Part shown: positions 1-8,838 of the stretch, in pieces
How positions within the stretch are numbered: position 1 is the first letter of the stretch
Layout of the letters: each line of letters begins with the position of its first letter
From: an uncultured Rickettsiales bacterium
GTDB taxonomy: Bacteria; Myxococcota_A; UBA796; UBA9615; CAYRNR01
Direction of reading: 5' to 3'
DNA length: 64,000 nt
Assembly (NCBI GenBank): GCA_964436045.1
Contig: CAYTBN010000026.1
Coordinates: 1,559-65,558 of the forward strand
Notes under the pieces: generated by a model
What the model was told of the DNA's origin: nothing
Database searches by the model: none
Seen by the model: only the letters and a program-made list of their open reading frames with translations
Program-made: the position numbers and the translations under genes

Positions 1-1216
1 ACGACACGTCGTCGCAGTCGACCAGGCCATCGCCGTTGTCGTCCACGCCGTTGTCACAGACCTCGAAGCTGCCGCAGGCTGGGTCCATGTCGCAGTCGTC
101 GTCGGCGCAGTCGACGAGGCCGTCGGCGTCGTCGTCGACGCCGTTGTCGCACGTCTCACCGCCGCCCAGACAGTTGGGGTCCAGGTCGCAGTCGTCGTCG
201 TCGCAGTCGATGAGGCCGTCCCCGTCGTCGTCGACGAGGTTGGAACAGATCTCGGAGTAGCCCCCGCAGGCCTGGTCGTTGTCGCAGTCGTCGTCGTCGC
301 AGTCGACGAGTCCGTCGCCGTCGTCGTCGATGGCGTTGCCGCAGTCCTCCTGGCAGGTCGGCTCGCCCGCGCAGTCGGCGTCGGCGCAGTCCACATCACC
401 ATCGGCGTCGTCGTCCACCCCGTTGCCACAGTCCTCACCGCCGCCGCAGGCCGGGTCGCCCGCGCATTCAGGGTCGAAGCAGTCGATCAGGAAGTCGTTG
501 TCGTCGTCGACGCCGTTCTCGCAGTCCTCACCGCCGACCAGGCAGATGGGCTGGTTCTCGCAGAAGGGGTCGTCACAGTCGACGAGGCCGTTGCCGTCGT
601 CGTCGATCCCGTTGAGGCAGTCTTCGGAGCCGCAGGCGGGGAAGAACTCACAGTCCTCGTCGTCGCAGTCCGCGTCGCCGTCGCCGTCGTCGTCCACGCC
701 GTTCTCGCAGTCCTCGCCGCCGCCGGCTCCGCAAGCCGGCTCCATCAGATCGCACTCCTCGTCGTCGCAGTCGATGTCGCCATCGCCATCGTTGTCGACT
801 CCGTCGTCGCACAGGCCGCACTCGTTGGCGCACTGTCCGTCGCACAGGCACTCGCAGTCGTCACAGTCGACATCTCCGTCGCCGTCGTCGTCGATGCCGT
901 TGCCGCAGTCCTCGACCAAACAGGCGACATCACCCACACATTCGGAGTCGCAGCAGTCGATGTTGCCGTCGCCATCGTCGTCGATGCCGTTGTTACAGAT
1001 CTCGCCGCCGCCGCAAATCGGGTCGACGTCGCAGTCCTCGTCATCGCAGTCGATGTCGCCATCACCGTCGTCGTCGACGCCGTTGCCGCAGTCCTCGGTG
1101 GGGTTGGTGCAGACCGGGTCGGCGGCGCAGTCGGAGTCGCCGCAGTCCTCGAGCCCGTCGAAGTCGTTGTCCACCTCGTCGTCACACGTCGACTCGGAGG
1201 CCGGCGGATCGCAGAC
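1..1216 (-). repeat. Coding tandem repeat array (~78-84 nt units) encoding the Cys/Asp-rich repeats of the first gene
   Basis: Periodic recurrence of gtcgtcgtcgacgcc / gcagtcctc motifs on the plus strand. Translated repeat units are near-identical in their Cys/Asp positions. Confidence 0.6.
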
Positions 1217-1786
1217 GACCAACAGGTCGTCGAAGGCGAGACCCGCGTCGGGGGCGGGTTCGTCGTCGTACTCGGCCAGATACAGCCAGACCGTGTTGAC
1301 CGGCAACCAGGGCAACAGGGCGGACAGGAGGAAATCCTCGTCCTGGGCCGGGCTGACGATGTCGTCGGCCAGCTGGAAGTTGGTGCCATCGATGGAGAAG
1401 CCGAAGCAATCGCCCTCGGGCGGAGAGCTGGCCGTCCACGCCCCCGGGCAGGAGTCCTGGTTTTCACCCAGGTCCATGATCCAGACCGACACGCCCACGG
1501 AGCTGCAGCCCTGGATGGAGACCGAGTCCGTCGAGACACCGGTCGCCTGCAAGCACCCCGACTGGTTCGACGATGCCACCAGCGACAGGCCGTCGAGGCC
1601 CACATCCGAGAAGCTCACATCGGAGCACTGGGGGTTCGCCCCACCCGTCCACTGGGACCAGCCGGTGGGCAACGTCCCGAGCTCGAAATCCTCGTAGACC
1701 AGGATCGTCTGGGCGGACGCCGCGGACCCCCAAAGGCAGAACAGACACGCGGCCAACGTGGCACGCAGGATCAACTTCCCTCGCAT
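1..1786 (-). CDS. Secreted Cys/Asp-rich tandem-repeat protein, 5' end in window (ATG at 1786), 3' end beyond window start
   Basis: Hand translation of the minus strand from the ATG at 1784-1786 (GGGAGG about 8 nt upstream) runs without a stop to position 2. It begins with a signal peptide (MRGKLILRATLAACLFCLWGSAASAQ) and a ~170 aa non-repetitive N-domain. About 13 tandem ~26-28 aa repeats of the form 'EDCxNGVDDDGDGxxDCDDxDCxxxPxCGGG' follow. The ORF track does not list it because its stop lies outside the window. The plus 279..1697 and minus 745..1605 ORFs are off-frame shadows. Confidence 0.7.
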   Translation of the reverse strand, partial: MRGKLILRATLAACLFCLWGSAASAQTILVYEDFELGTLPTGWSQWTGGANPQCSDVSFSDVGLDGLSLVASSNQSGCLQATGVSTDSVSIQGCSSVGVSVWIMDLGENQDSCPGAWTASSPPEGDCFGFSIDGTNFQLADDIVSPAQDEDFLLSALLPWLPVNTVWLYLAEYDDEPAPDAGLAFDDLLVVCDPPASESTCDDEVDNDFDGLEDCGDSDCAADPVCTNPTEDCGNGVDDDGDGDIDCDDEDCDVDPICGGGEICNNGIDDDGDGNIDCCDSECVGDVACLVEDCGNGIDDDGDGDVDCDDCECLCDGQCANECGLCDDGVDNDGDGDIDCDDEECDLMEPACGAGGGEDCENGVDDDGDGDADCDDEDCEFFPACGSEDCLNGIDDDGNGLVDCDDPFCENQPICLVGGEDCENGVDDDNDFLIDCFDPECAGDPACGGGEDCGNGVDDDADGDVDCADADCAGEPTCQEDCGNAIDDDGDGLVDCDDDDCDNDQACGGYSEICSNLVDDDGDGLIDCDDDDCDLDPNCLGGGETCDNGVDDDADGLVDCADDDCDMDPACGSFEVCDNGVDDNGDGLVDCDDVS

Positions 1787-2068
1787 GGATTCCTCCCGAT
1801 TTGGACCTTCTGGAGCTTGGGGGCCGCCTTGCCCCTACCCGACCCGGTTCCCTCTTGTGAGCTGGCGATCCAAAGGTCCATCATCGGGCCCGGATCGCCA
1901 GATCGACATCATACCGCCAGCCGGGGCTCACGATCCAATCGGACACTGGCCGGGAACCTGGACCAGAACCTGTGCTGCGCTTGGGGTCGATGGCGTTGAC
2001 GAACGACCTCGCATGCCCGATTGTACGGGCACCGCGCACGCGGAACGCCACCTTCCGGAGGGGTGATC

Positions 2069-3007
2069 ATGGGCTGGGGAATTGCAATTGTCGCGGCCGC
2101 ACTGTTCGTGGCCTGGGCGCTACTGAACCTCAAGACCTCGCGGAAGGATGGCACCTACCTGGGCCGGATCCATCCCTACCGTCGGCTGATGCCCTACATC
2201 ATGCGGACCCGCACCGAGTCGGTGGTCTACTTCGATCACTACGTCGACGCGACCAAGCTGCTCGAGTACGTGGCCCAGGCCAAGGAAAAATTCGGCGCCG
2301 ACATGACGCACTGCATTGTCGCAGCGGGCGCGGTCGGGTTGGCCGAGGTGCCGACCATGAACCAGTTCGTGATGGGACGCCGGTTGTACCAGCGGCGGGG
2401 CACCCACATGGCCTTCAGCGCGAAGCGCAAGCAGCTGGACAAGAGGGCCAAGCTGGCGGTGGTCAAACTGGAGATCCCGGAGACGGAGAGCTTCCGCGAC
2501 TTCTGTGGGCGGGTCACGGCCAAGATCGGCGTCGAGCGCTCCGGAGATCGCACCTACGCGGACAAGGAATACGACCTGTTCAACATGGTGCCGCGGCCGG
2601 TGCTCAACGCCGCAGTGACCCTGTTCCGCTGGCTCGACTACCACAACGTGCTGCCCCACTCCTTCATCGAGAGCGACGGCATGTACTGCAGCATCTTCGT
2701 GGCCAACCTGGGTTCCCTGGGTATGGGCGCTGGCTTCCACCACCTCTACGAGTGGGGCAACTGCCCGGCGTTCTGCATGGTCGGAAAGGTGGAGGACCGA
2801 CCCGTGGTGGTCGACGGGGAGATCGTCGTCCAGCCGACGCTCCACATCCGCTGGTCCTACGACGAGCGCATCGATGATGGCCTGGGCGCCCGCTTCGGCA
2901 TGGACGCGATCTCTCGTGTGCTGGCCAACCCCTTCGAGGAGCTGGGTTGCCTGGCGGACGACGACAGCGACCGGGTATTGCTGGGATCGCACGAGGACGG
3001 GGAGTAG
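2069..3007 (+). CDS. Membrane-anchored protein with 2-oxoacid dehydrogenase E2 catalytic-domain-like (CAT-fold acyltransferase) region, where the catalytic His appears replaced (YDERIDDG instead of DHRxxDG)
   Basis: ORF track 2021..3007, with the preferred start at the internal ATG 2069 (GGAGG 8 nt upstream). It has an N-terminal TM helix (GWGIAIVAAALFVAWALL). The C-terminal part aligns by eye to the E2 catalytic domain (…ANLGSLGMGAGF…VVVDGEIVVQPTLHIRWSYDERIDDGLGARF). Confidence 0.5.
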   Translation: MGWGIAIVAAALFVAWALLNLKTSRKDGTYLGRIHPYRRLMPYIMRTRTESVVYFDHYVDATKLLEYVAQAKEKFGADMTHCIVAAGAVGLAEVPTMNQFVMGRRLYQRRGTHMAFSAKRKQLDKRAKLAVVKLEIPETESFRDFCGRVTAKIGVERSGDRTYADKEYDLFNMVPRPVLNAAVTLFRWLDYHNVLPHSFIESDGMYCSIFVANLGSLGMGAGFHHLYEWGNCPAFCMVGKVEDRPVVVDGEIVVQPTLHIRWSYDERIDDGLGARFGMDAISRVLANPFEELGCLADDDSDRVLLGSHEDGE

Positions 3008-3025
3008 ACGGATCTGTCGGCCGGC

Positions 3026-4534
3026 TCAGTCCCCGGCCGGCCAGGCCACGCCCGGCATCAATCGCGAGGGATCGAACGGAGCGTCCGGCCGCGCGAGCGC
3101 ACTCATCGGGTGGCTCAGGGCGCGCAATAGATAGATGTTGCCCTCACTGCCCTTGCCGGCCAGGCCCCAGCTCGAGATCGGCAGCCGCCCCGAGGCCACG
3201 ACCGTGGCCCGGTTCCAGTTCAGCGTGCCCACGTGGATCCGCTGCTTGGCGTCCTCGAAGTTGGCCCGCGAGTTGGTGAACACCGCCGCGCACAGGCCGT
3301 AGGTCGACCGGTCGGCCGCTTCCCAGGTCTCCTCGCGGGAGCCGCTGCGCTCCAGGGCCAGGACCGGGCCCGGCACCTCCTCCGGGATGGCGCCGTTGGC
3401 GGCTCCGTTGTCGTATTCCAGCACGCTGGGCGTGAGGTAGTGGCCGCGCAGCGGTCGCTCGAGGATCTCTCCGGCGAGGGGCAACGCCGCACCCTTGCCG
3501 TGCATCACGGAGACGCGTTCGAGGATCTCGCCCCGCAAGGCCTCGGTGAGCACCGGGCCCATGAACACGTCCTCGTCGAATCCATGACCGATGCGAAGCG
3601 ACGCGGTGAGGGCGAGGAGCTGCTCGCGGAAGCGATCGTACGCCGCGTCCTCGACCACCACCCGCGCGGTGGAGTTGAACCGCTGGCCCGCGGTGAGGAA
3701 GGCGCCGGTGACGACCTCGTAGACCGCTCGATCCAGGTTCGCGTCATCCAGGACCACAGCGGTGCCCTTGCCGCCCGTCTGGGAGATGATCCGTTTGCGA
3801 ACGTGATCCCCGGCGTGGGCGACGATCTGCCTCGCCGTGCGCCGATGTCCAGCCACCACCACAGCGTCCACGTCCGGGTGGGCGGCGAGGCCCTCGCCGA
3901 TGGGGTGGCCAGGGCCCTGGATCATGTTGAACACGCCGCGTGGCAGGTTGCTGCGGTCGAAGACCTCGGCCAGCAGCTGTCCGGTCGCGGGCGTGCGCGA
4001 AGATGGGTTGAAGACCACCGTGTTGCCCGCGAGCAGCGCCGACAGCACGTACCCCATCGGCACGAAGACCGGCAGTGGGGCCGGGGCGATGGCCGCCACC
4101 ACTCCGAGGGCGCGCCGACGGGAGCAACCGCCGATGCTCTCGATCTGCCTCTGCGCCAGCAACTCGGGCCCCTCGCGGAACAGGATCTCGCACTGGCGGA
4201 CCGCCGCCAGCACCTCCATCCGCGACTCCCATTGCGGCTTTCCCACCTCGGTGGTCACACGGGCGGCCAGCTGATCGGTGACCTGCAGGAGCTGATCGGC
4301 CACCGACTCCAGGTGGTGAACCCGCTCTTCCAGCGGGAGTTCGCGCCAACCGTCCAGGGCGACGCCGGCGAACTCGACCGCGGAATCCACGCTCGCTGTG
4401 GTGTACGGGAAGGTGCCGGCCAGGTGGTCGAGGTTGCCCGGATCGCACACCTGGAACGACCCGTTCGCCCCGGGCGGACGGATGAAGCTGCCGTGGATGT
4501 AGTCCCCCTTGGCGGGCACTGCGATCCGGTGCAC
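3026..4534 (-). CDS. Aldehyde dehydrogenase family protein with non-canonical active site (catalytic Cys to Phe, general-base Glu to Gln)
   Basis: ORF track 3026..4738 (570 aa). The N-terminal 68 aa are Arg/Pro/Gly low-complexity, so I prefer the GTG at 4534 (GGAGA upstream), which also removes overlap with the divergent GT4 gene. ALDH hallmarks are present (KGDYIHGSF N-term, GGKG, GAFLTAGQRFNSTAR). The DNA reading 'ggccagcggttcaactccaccgcgcgg' is confirmed on the minus strand at 3662-3688. Confidence 0.7.
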   Translation of the reverse strand: MHRIAVPAKGDYIHGSFIRPPGANGSFQVCDPGNLDHLAGTFPYTTASVDSAVEFAGVALDGWRELPLEERVHHLESVADQLLQVTDQLAARVTTEVGKPQWESRMEVLAAVRQCEILFREGPELLAQRQIESIGGCSRRRALGVVAAIAPAPLPVFVPMGYVLSALLAGNTVVFNPSSRTPATGQLLAEVFDRSNLPRGVFNMIQGPGHPIGEGLAAHPDVDAVVVAGHRRTARQIVAHAGDHVRKRIISQTGGKGTAVVLDDANLDRAVYEVVTGAFLTAGQRFNSTARVVVEDAAYDRFREQLLALTASLRIGHGFDEDVFMGPVLTEALRGEILERVSVMHGKGAALPLAGEILERPLRGHYLTPSVLEYDNGAANGAIPEEVPGPVLALERSGSREETWEAADRSTYGLCAAVFTNSRANFEDAKQRIHVGTLNWNRATVVASGRLPISSWGLAGKGSEGNIYLLRALSHPMSALARPDAPFDPSRLMPGVAWPAGD

Positions 4535-4683
4535 TTCGACGTCTCCTCTCCCCGGGGTTCTGCGGGCCAGCTCGGTCCCGCCCGGATGGCCGATCCGGGG
4601 AGCGTGCGGGGCTTTACCACAGATCACTGGCCCCGGGCAAAGCGACGGGCGCCCCGTGGTACAACAAAGGCCGGGTCCCACCG

Positions 4684-5877
4684 ATGCCGTCTTCCTCCCA
4701 CCGGGTGCTCTTCGTCCACGCCGCGCCGGGCATCCCACTGGATGGTGACGGCGGTGGTTCGCGCCACCTCCAGGAGGTCATCCGGGCGATGGCGCGGGCC
4801 GGGCACCACGTGATCCTGGTGGCCCGCCGGGTGACCCGTGCGGCCGCCGGGCCGCCACCGGAGTTGCCGTGCGAGATCCGCCGGTTTCCCCAGGGGACCC
4901 TGCCCGGATTCCTGCAGCGGCTGCCGTCGGTGGACGAGACGGTCTACGACCGGCGGCTGGGACGCTTCCTTCGCCGGCTGGTCGGCGAGGTCCAGCCGAC
5001 CCTGGTCTACGAGCGCTACAGCCTGTTCTCGCTGGCCGGGATGCGGACGGCACGGAGGGCGGGGATCCCCTCGGTCCTGGAGGTCAACGCACCGCTGGCC
5101 CTCGAGCGGCAGCGCCACGAGGGGCTGCGGGCCCGTCGCCACGCCACGGGCCGGGAACGAGAGGTGCTACGGAGTGCGGACCGGATCGTCGCGGTGTCCC
5201 GCTGGTTGCAGGCCCACGCGGTCTCGCTGGGGGTCGAGCCGGAGCGGGTGACGGTGCAGCCCAACGGCGTCGACGCGCGGGCGTTCGCGCCCCGCCCCCG
5301 GCCGGAGGCGCCTCCGGCGCTGGCCGCCATCGACGGCCGATTCATCGTGGGTTTCTGCGGCAGCCTCAAACCCTGGCACGATCCGGCGGTGCTTCTCCGG
5401 GCGCTGGCCAAGACCCCCGAACTGGCCGACGTGGCGCTGCTGGTGGTGGGCGACGGCCCCGGTGGCCCGGCCGCGCGGGCGCTGGCGACCGAGCTGGGGC
5501 TGGACGACCGGGTGGTCTGGGCTGGCGCCCTTCCTGCGGACCAGATCCCGGACCAGCTGGCCCTGTGCGACGTGATCTGCGTGCCGAGCCCGCCGACGCC
5601 GGACTTCTACTTCTCACCGCTCAAGCTGCTGGAAGGCATGGCCATGGGCCGTCCGGTCGTGGCGACCGACATCGGTGACGCTGCGGCCGTGGCGGGCGGC
5701 GGCGGGGCCCCGGGCGCGCTGCTGGTGCCGCCGGGGGACGATACCGCGCTGGGGGCGGCCATCCTCCGGATCCGGCAGGATGGCGAGCTGGCCCAGCGGC
5801 TCGGAGCGGAAGGCCGGCGGCGGGCAGAACAGCACACCTGGGATCGCGTGCTCGCCGAATCGCTGGCAGGTCTCTGA
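4684..5877 (+). CDS. Glycosyltransferase family 4 (GT-B fold)
   Basis: 397 aa with motifs typical of GT4 (…FIVGFCGSLKPWHD…, …SPLKLLEGMAMGRPVVATDIGD…). It is divergent from the ALDH-like gene. Confidence 0.75.
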   Translation: MPSSSHRVLFVHAAPGIPLDGDGGGSRHLQEVIRAMARAGHHVILVARRVTRAAAGPPPELPCEIRRFPQGTLPGFLQRLPSVDETVYDRRLGRFLRRLVGEVQPTLVYERYSLFSLAGMRTARRAGIPSVLEVNAPLALERQRHEGLRARRHATGREREVLRSADRIVAVSRWLQAHAVSLGVEPERVTVQPNGVDARAFAPRPRPEAPPALAAIDGRFIVGFCGSLKPWHDPAVLLRALAKTPELADVALLVVGDGPGGPAARALATELGLDDRVVWAGALPADQIPDQLALCDVICVPSPPTPDFYFSPLKLLEGMAMGRPVVATDIGDAAAVAGGGGAPGALLVPPGDDTALGAAILRIRQDGELAQRLGAEGRRRAEQHTWDRVLAESLAGL

Positions 5878-5903
5878 GCCTCGCGCCCGCGCGGGCTCGA
5901 TCC

Positions 5904-6197
5904 TTAGAGCAACGTGGTCGGCCCTGGAATCTCGAAGGAGTCGGTGGCGTACACCACGCCGTCCTCGGTCTCCTCACGCACGAGGCGCGCGTGCGCGCCG
6001 CTGACCGACGCGTGGTGCAGAACCAGGTCGTTGCTAGACCGGCGACCGATGGTGATCGGAAAGCCGTTCCCGAGCCGAACGGCGTCCACGGGCGGCGAGT
6101 ACAGTCCTTCCTCGAACTCGAAACCGGGAAACAGCTCGTCGGTCACCGTATGTCCTCCCGCGTCGCGAGACCGGATTTGCGACGCTCGGGCCAGCAT
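5904..6197 (-). CDS. Small FHA-domain-like protein, possibly truncated or degenerate
   Basis: The 97 aa ORF contains 'FPITIGRRSSNDLVLHHASVSGAHARLV', matching the FHA GR…S..H core. The distal Ser-x-x-Asn-Gly part is degenerate, and the ORF ends 27 nt from the GT4 stop. Confidence 0.35.
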   Translation of the reverse strand: MLARASQIRSRDAGGHTVTDELFPGFEFEEGLYSPPVDAVRLGNGFPITIGRRSSNDLVLHHASVSGAHARLVREETEDGVVYATDSFEIPGPTTLL

Positions 6198-6243
6198 AGT
6201 GGACGGCCGCGTTGTGTGCGAGAATCAGCGCCCTGGAGACAAG

Positions 6244-8838
6244 GTGAGCGAGGACAGCCTCCCGACCGCGCCCGCGCGCGCCCTCGAACTGGCGGATGAA
6301 ACCGCCCTGTATCGCTCGTCGATGGTGGGGCGCTTCACCTGGCTGCTGGAGCGGTTCTTCGCGTTCACCTTCACGCGCATCAAGCCCGATCTCGAACACC
6401 TCCCCGCCGTCCGCAAGGCCGCCGCCAACGGGCTGATCGTCTACGTGATGCGGAACCGCTCGGTCCTGGATTACGTGTTCTTCAACTGGTACTTCGCCCG
6501 CTACGGCCTGCCGCTGGCCCGCTTCGGCAACGGGGTCAACACCCTGTGGTTCGGCACCGTCGTCGAGGTGGCACGCAAGACCTGGCACAAGTTTCGCGAC
6601 CGCTGGAACAACGGGCCGATGCCCGACCCCATCGACGCGGGCTTCATGATCCGTACCGTGGCCGCCGGCCAGCCCGTGCTGCTGTTCCTGCGCCGCCCGC
6701 CATCCTGGTTCTTTCGGCGGCCCCAGCAGTCCCGCGAGGACATGATCGAGCAGCTCCTGCGGCTGCAGGAGTCCGAGGAGAGGCCGATCTTCGTGGTCCC
6801 ACAGATCATCGTGTGGGAGCGACGGCCCGAATACACGCAGCGCAACCTGGTCGACCTGCTGTTCGGCGAACGGGACCACCCTGGCCGGCTCCGCAAGCTG
6901 GTGCACTTCCTGGTCTATCACCGGGGCGCGGTGGTGCGGATGGGCGAGCCGGTGGACCTGCGAGCCTTCGCCGACGCGCTCCCGGGTCAGCCGCTGACCA
7001 AGCGCGCCAAGAAGCTGAGGTTGGTGCTGCGCGGCTACCTCTACCGGGAGAAGCGGCTGATCAAGGGGCCGACGGTCAAGCCGCGGGCCTGGCTGCTGGC
7101 TCGTATCCGGCACAGCCCGCGGGTGGAGAAGGTCATCGAGCAGGTCGCCCAGCGCGACCGCCGATCCGTGGGTTCGCTGGAGCGCAAGGTCGACAAGATG
7201 CTCGACCAGACGGCCGCCGACTTCAGCTTCAACTGGATCGTGTTCGCCCGGATCCTCTTCGACTTCGTGCTCAACCGGATCTACGCCGGAGTGGAGTTCC
7301 GGGGCGACGACGCCGAGCGCATCCGCCGGGCGGGACGCCGTGGCACGCTGGTGTTCGTGCCCTGCCACCGCTCCCATCTGGACTACATCCTCATCTCGTG
7401 GTGCGTGTTCCACCAGCAGTTGCAGCCGCCACACGTGGCCGCAGGTGCCAACCTGAGTTTCTGGCCGCTGGGCCCGGTCTTGCGGCGCTGGGGCGCATTC
7501 TTCCTGCGCCGGTCGTTCCGCGATGACGAGCTCTACCACGCCGTGCTCTCGACCTACGTCCGCGAGCTGGTGCGGGAGGGAGTCCCCCAGGAGTTCTTCA
7601 TCGAGGGCACCCGCAGCCGCACCGGTGGATTGTTACCCCCCAAGGTCGGGTTGCTCTCGATGTACCTGGCGGCGGCCGCCGACGGGGTCGCCCCGGACGT
7701 GATGTTCGTTCCGATCTCGTTGAGCTACGAGAAGGTGGTCGAGGAGACCGAGTACCACAAGGAGTTGACCGGCGGCGAGAAGCAGAAGGAGAACCTCCGC
7801 GGGCTGGCAGCCACGTCGCAGGTGCTTTCCCGGCGCTACGGCCGTGTGTACGTGCGGGTCGGCGAGCCCCTGTCCGCCCGGCGCATGCTCGACCAGGCTC
7901 CCGCACCGATGCCGAAACTGGACGGAGAGGAACGAAAGGCGTTCCTGAAGCGCTCGGGCGAGCAGATCCTCTGGGAGATCCACCGGGTCACACCGGTCAC
8001 GCCGTCCGCGGTGGCGGCGGTGATCCTGCTCAGCCACGACCGTCGCGGAATGCAGGTGAGGGAGTTCGCCCGGCGCAGTCGCTTCCTGATGCGATTCCTC
8101 GCCGATCGCGGCGCCGTATTCTCCAATTCGCTGACCTCCGAGCCGGCGGACGCGCTGGACCAAGCCCTGCGCCGCTTCGCCGACAACAAGCTGGTCCAGA
8201 TGTTCGCCGAGGATGACGGCGACGACATCATCGCCATCGTGCCGGAGCGGCGGATGACGCTGGACTACTACAAGAACAACATCGCCAACCACCTCGCCGG
8301 GCCGGCGATGGCGGCGATCGCGACGGGGCCGAGCGGTCGGCCGCGGGGGGAGGTGGCGGAGCGCTTCGGGCGGCTGGCGGACCTGCTCGCGATCGATATC
8401 CGTTTTGATCCGGACGCCGATCCAGACGCCAGCTTCGACGCTGCCCTCGCCGAGCTGACCGCGGCCGGGGTGCTGGCCGACGAGGACGGTACAGTGGTCG
8501 TCGCGAGCGAACGGCGGGCCGCCCTGTTCCGCGCGCTGTTGACCAACGTCCTGGAGTCCTACCTGATCGCGGTGCGGGGTGTTGGCATGCTGGCCAGCGA
8601 GGCGTTGACCGAGAAGAAGCTCCTGGATCAGCTGCTCAAGGAGGGTCGCAAGCGGTACATGATCGAGGACGTCACCCGGTTCGAGGCCATCTCCAAGGCC
8701 GTGTTGCGCAACGCCGTACGCCGCTACCGGGAGCTGGGCGTGCTGCGGCGCCGGGCGGACGGGGACGAGCTGATGCTCGACCCGGAGCGACACGCCCGCC
8801 ACCGCACCGAACTGTACGAACTGATGGAACGCACTTGA
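6244..8838 (+). CDS. plsB: Glycerol-3-phosphate acyltransferase PlsB
   Basis: ORF track 5914..8838. The first ~110 aa are low-complexity and overlap the FHA ORF, so I prefer the GTG at 6244. H(x)4D acyltransferase motif VFVPCHRSHLDYILISW and FIEGTRSRTGGL are present. Size and architecture match E. coli PlsB (~800 aa). Confidence 0.8.
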   Translation: MSEDSLPTAPARALELADETALYRSSMVGRFTWLLERFFAFTFTRIKPDLEHLPAVRKAAANGLIVYVMRNRSVLDYVFFNWYFARYGLPLARFGNGVNTLWFGTVVEVARKTWHKFRDRWNNGPMPDPIDAGFMIRTVAAGQPVLLFLRRPPSWFFRRPQQSREDMIEQLLRLQESEERPIFVVPQIIVWERRPEYTQRNLVDLLFGERDHPGRLRKLVHFLVYHRGAVVRMGEPVDLRAFADALPGQPLTKRAKKLRLVLRGYLYREKRLIKGPTVKPRAWLLARIRHSPRVEKVIEQVAQRDRRSVGSLERKVDKMLDQTAADFSFNWIVFARILFDFVLNRIYAGVEFRGDDAERIRRAGRRGTLVFVPCHRSHLDYILISWCVFHQQLQPPHVAAGANLSFWPLGPVLRRWGAFFLRRSFRDDELYHAVLSTYVRELVREGVPQEFFIEGTRSRTGGLLPPKVGLLSMYLAAAADGVAPDVMFVPISLSYEKVVEETEYHKELTGGEKQKENLRGLAATSQVLSRRYGRVYVRVGEPLSARRMLDQAPAPMPKLDGEERKAFLKRSGEQILWEIHRVTPVTPSAVAAVILLSHDRRGMQVREFARRSRFLMRFLADRGAVFSNSLTSEPADALDQALRRFADNKLVQMFAEDDGDDIIAIVPERRMTLDYYKNNIANHLAGPAMAAIATGPSGRPRGEVAERFGRLADLLAIDIRFDPDADPDASFDAALAELTAAGVLADEDGTVVVASERRAALFRALLTNVLESYLIAVRGVGMLASEALTEKKLLDQLLKEGRKRYMIEDVTRFEAISKAVLRNAVRRYRELGVLRRRADGDELMLDPERHARHRTELYELMERT

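Noticed and set aside
279-1697. Long plus-strand ORF (472 aa, Ser/Pro/Gln-rich) and the minus ORFs 745..1605 and 648..851
   Set aside because: Off-frame shadows of the minus-strand Cys/Asp repeat gene. The translations are Ser/Pro/Thr/Arg low-complexity, whereas the -1786 frame gives a signal peptide and coherent repeats.
1787-2068. Rho-independent terminators and sigma70 -35/-10 promoters in intergenic regions (e.g. 1787-2068, 4535-4683, 35356-35521, 47503-47702)
   Set aside because: High-GC lineage. No hairpin+U-tract or TTGACA/TATAAT matches clear enough to call. Only divergent promoter regions are implied by gene orientation.
4535-4738. N-terminal 68 aa of ORF 3026..4738 (MGCPARRGRRAPGG…)
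   Set aside because: Low-complexity. It overlaps the divergent GT4 gene start. GTG at 4534 with GGAGA RBS gives a canonical ALDH N-terminus.
3233-4813. Plus-strand 526-aa ORF antisense to the ALDH-like gene; similarly 6034..7539, 7633..8802 (antisense to plsB), 8724..10133, 10015..12543 (842 aa), 12258..13253, 13261..14691, 20400..22025, 25733..28129 (antisense to clpA), 33646..34866, 34909..37122, 44299..47538, 47652..49124, 49271..50602, 52527..53534, 53673..56417, 56218..57639, 57970..59556, 60494..62587
   Set aside because: All give Arg/Pro/Gly/Ala/His-rich low-complexity translations typical of wrong-frame or antisense reading of 70% GC coding DNA. Each is fully overlapped by an ORF with recognisable domain signatures.
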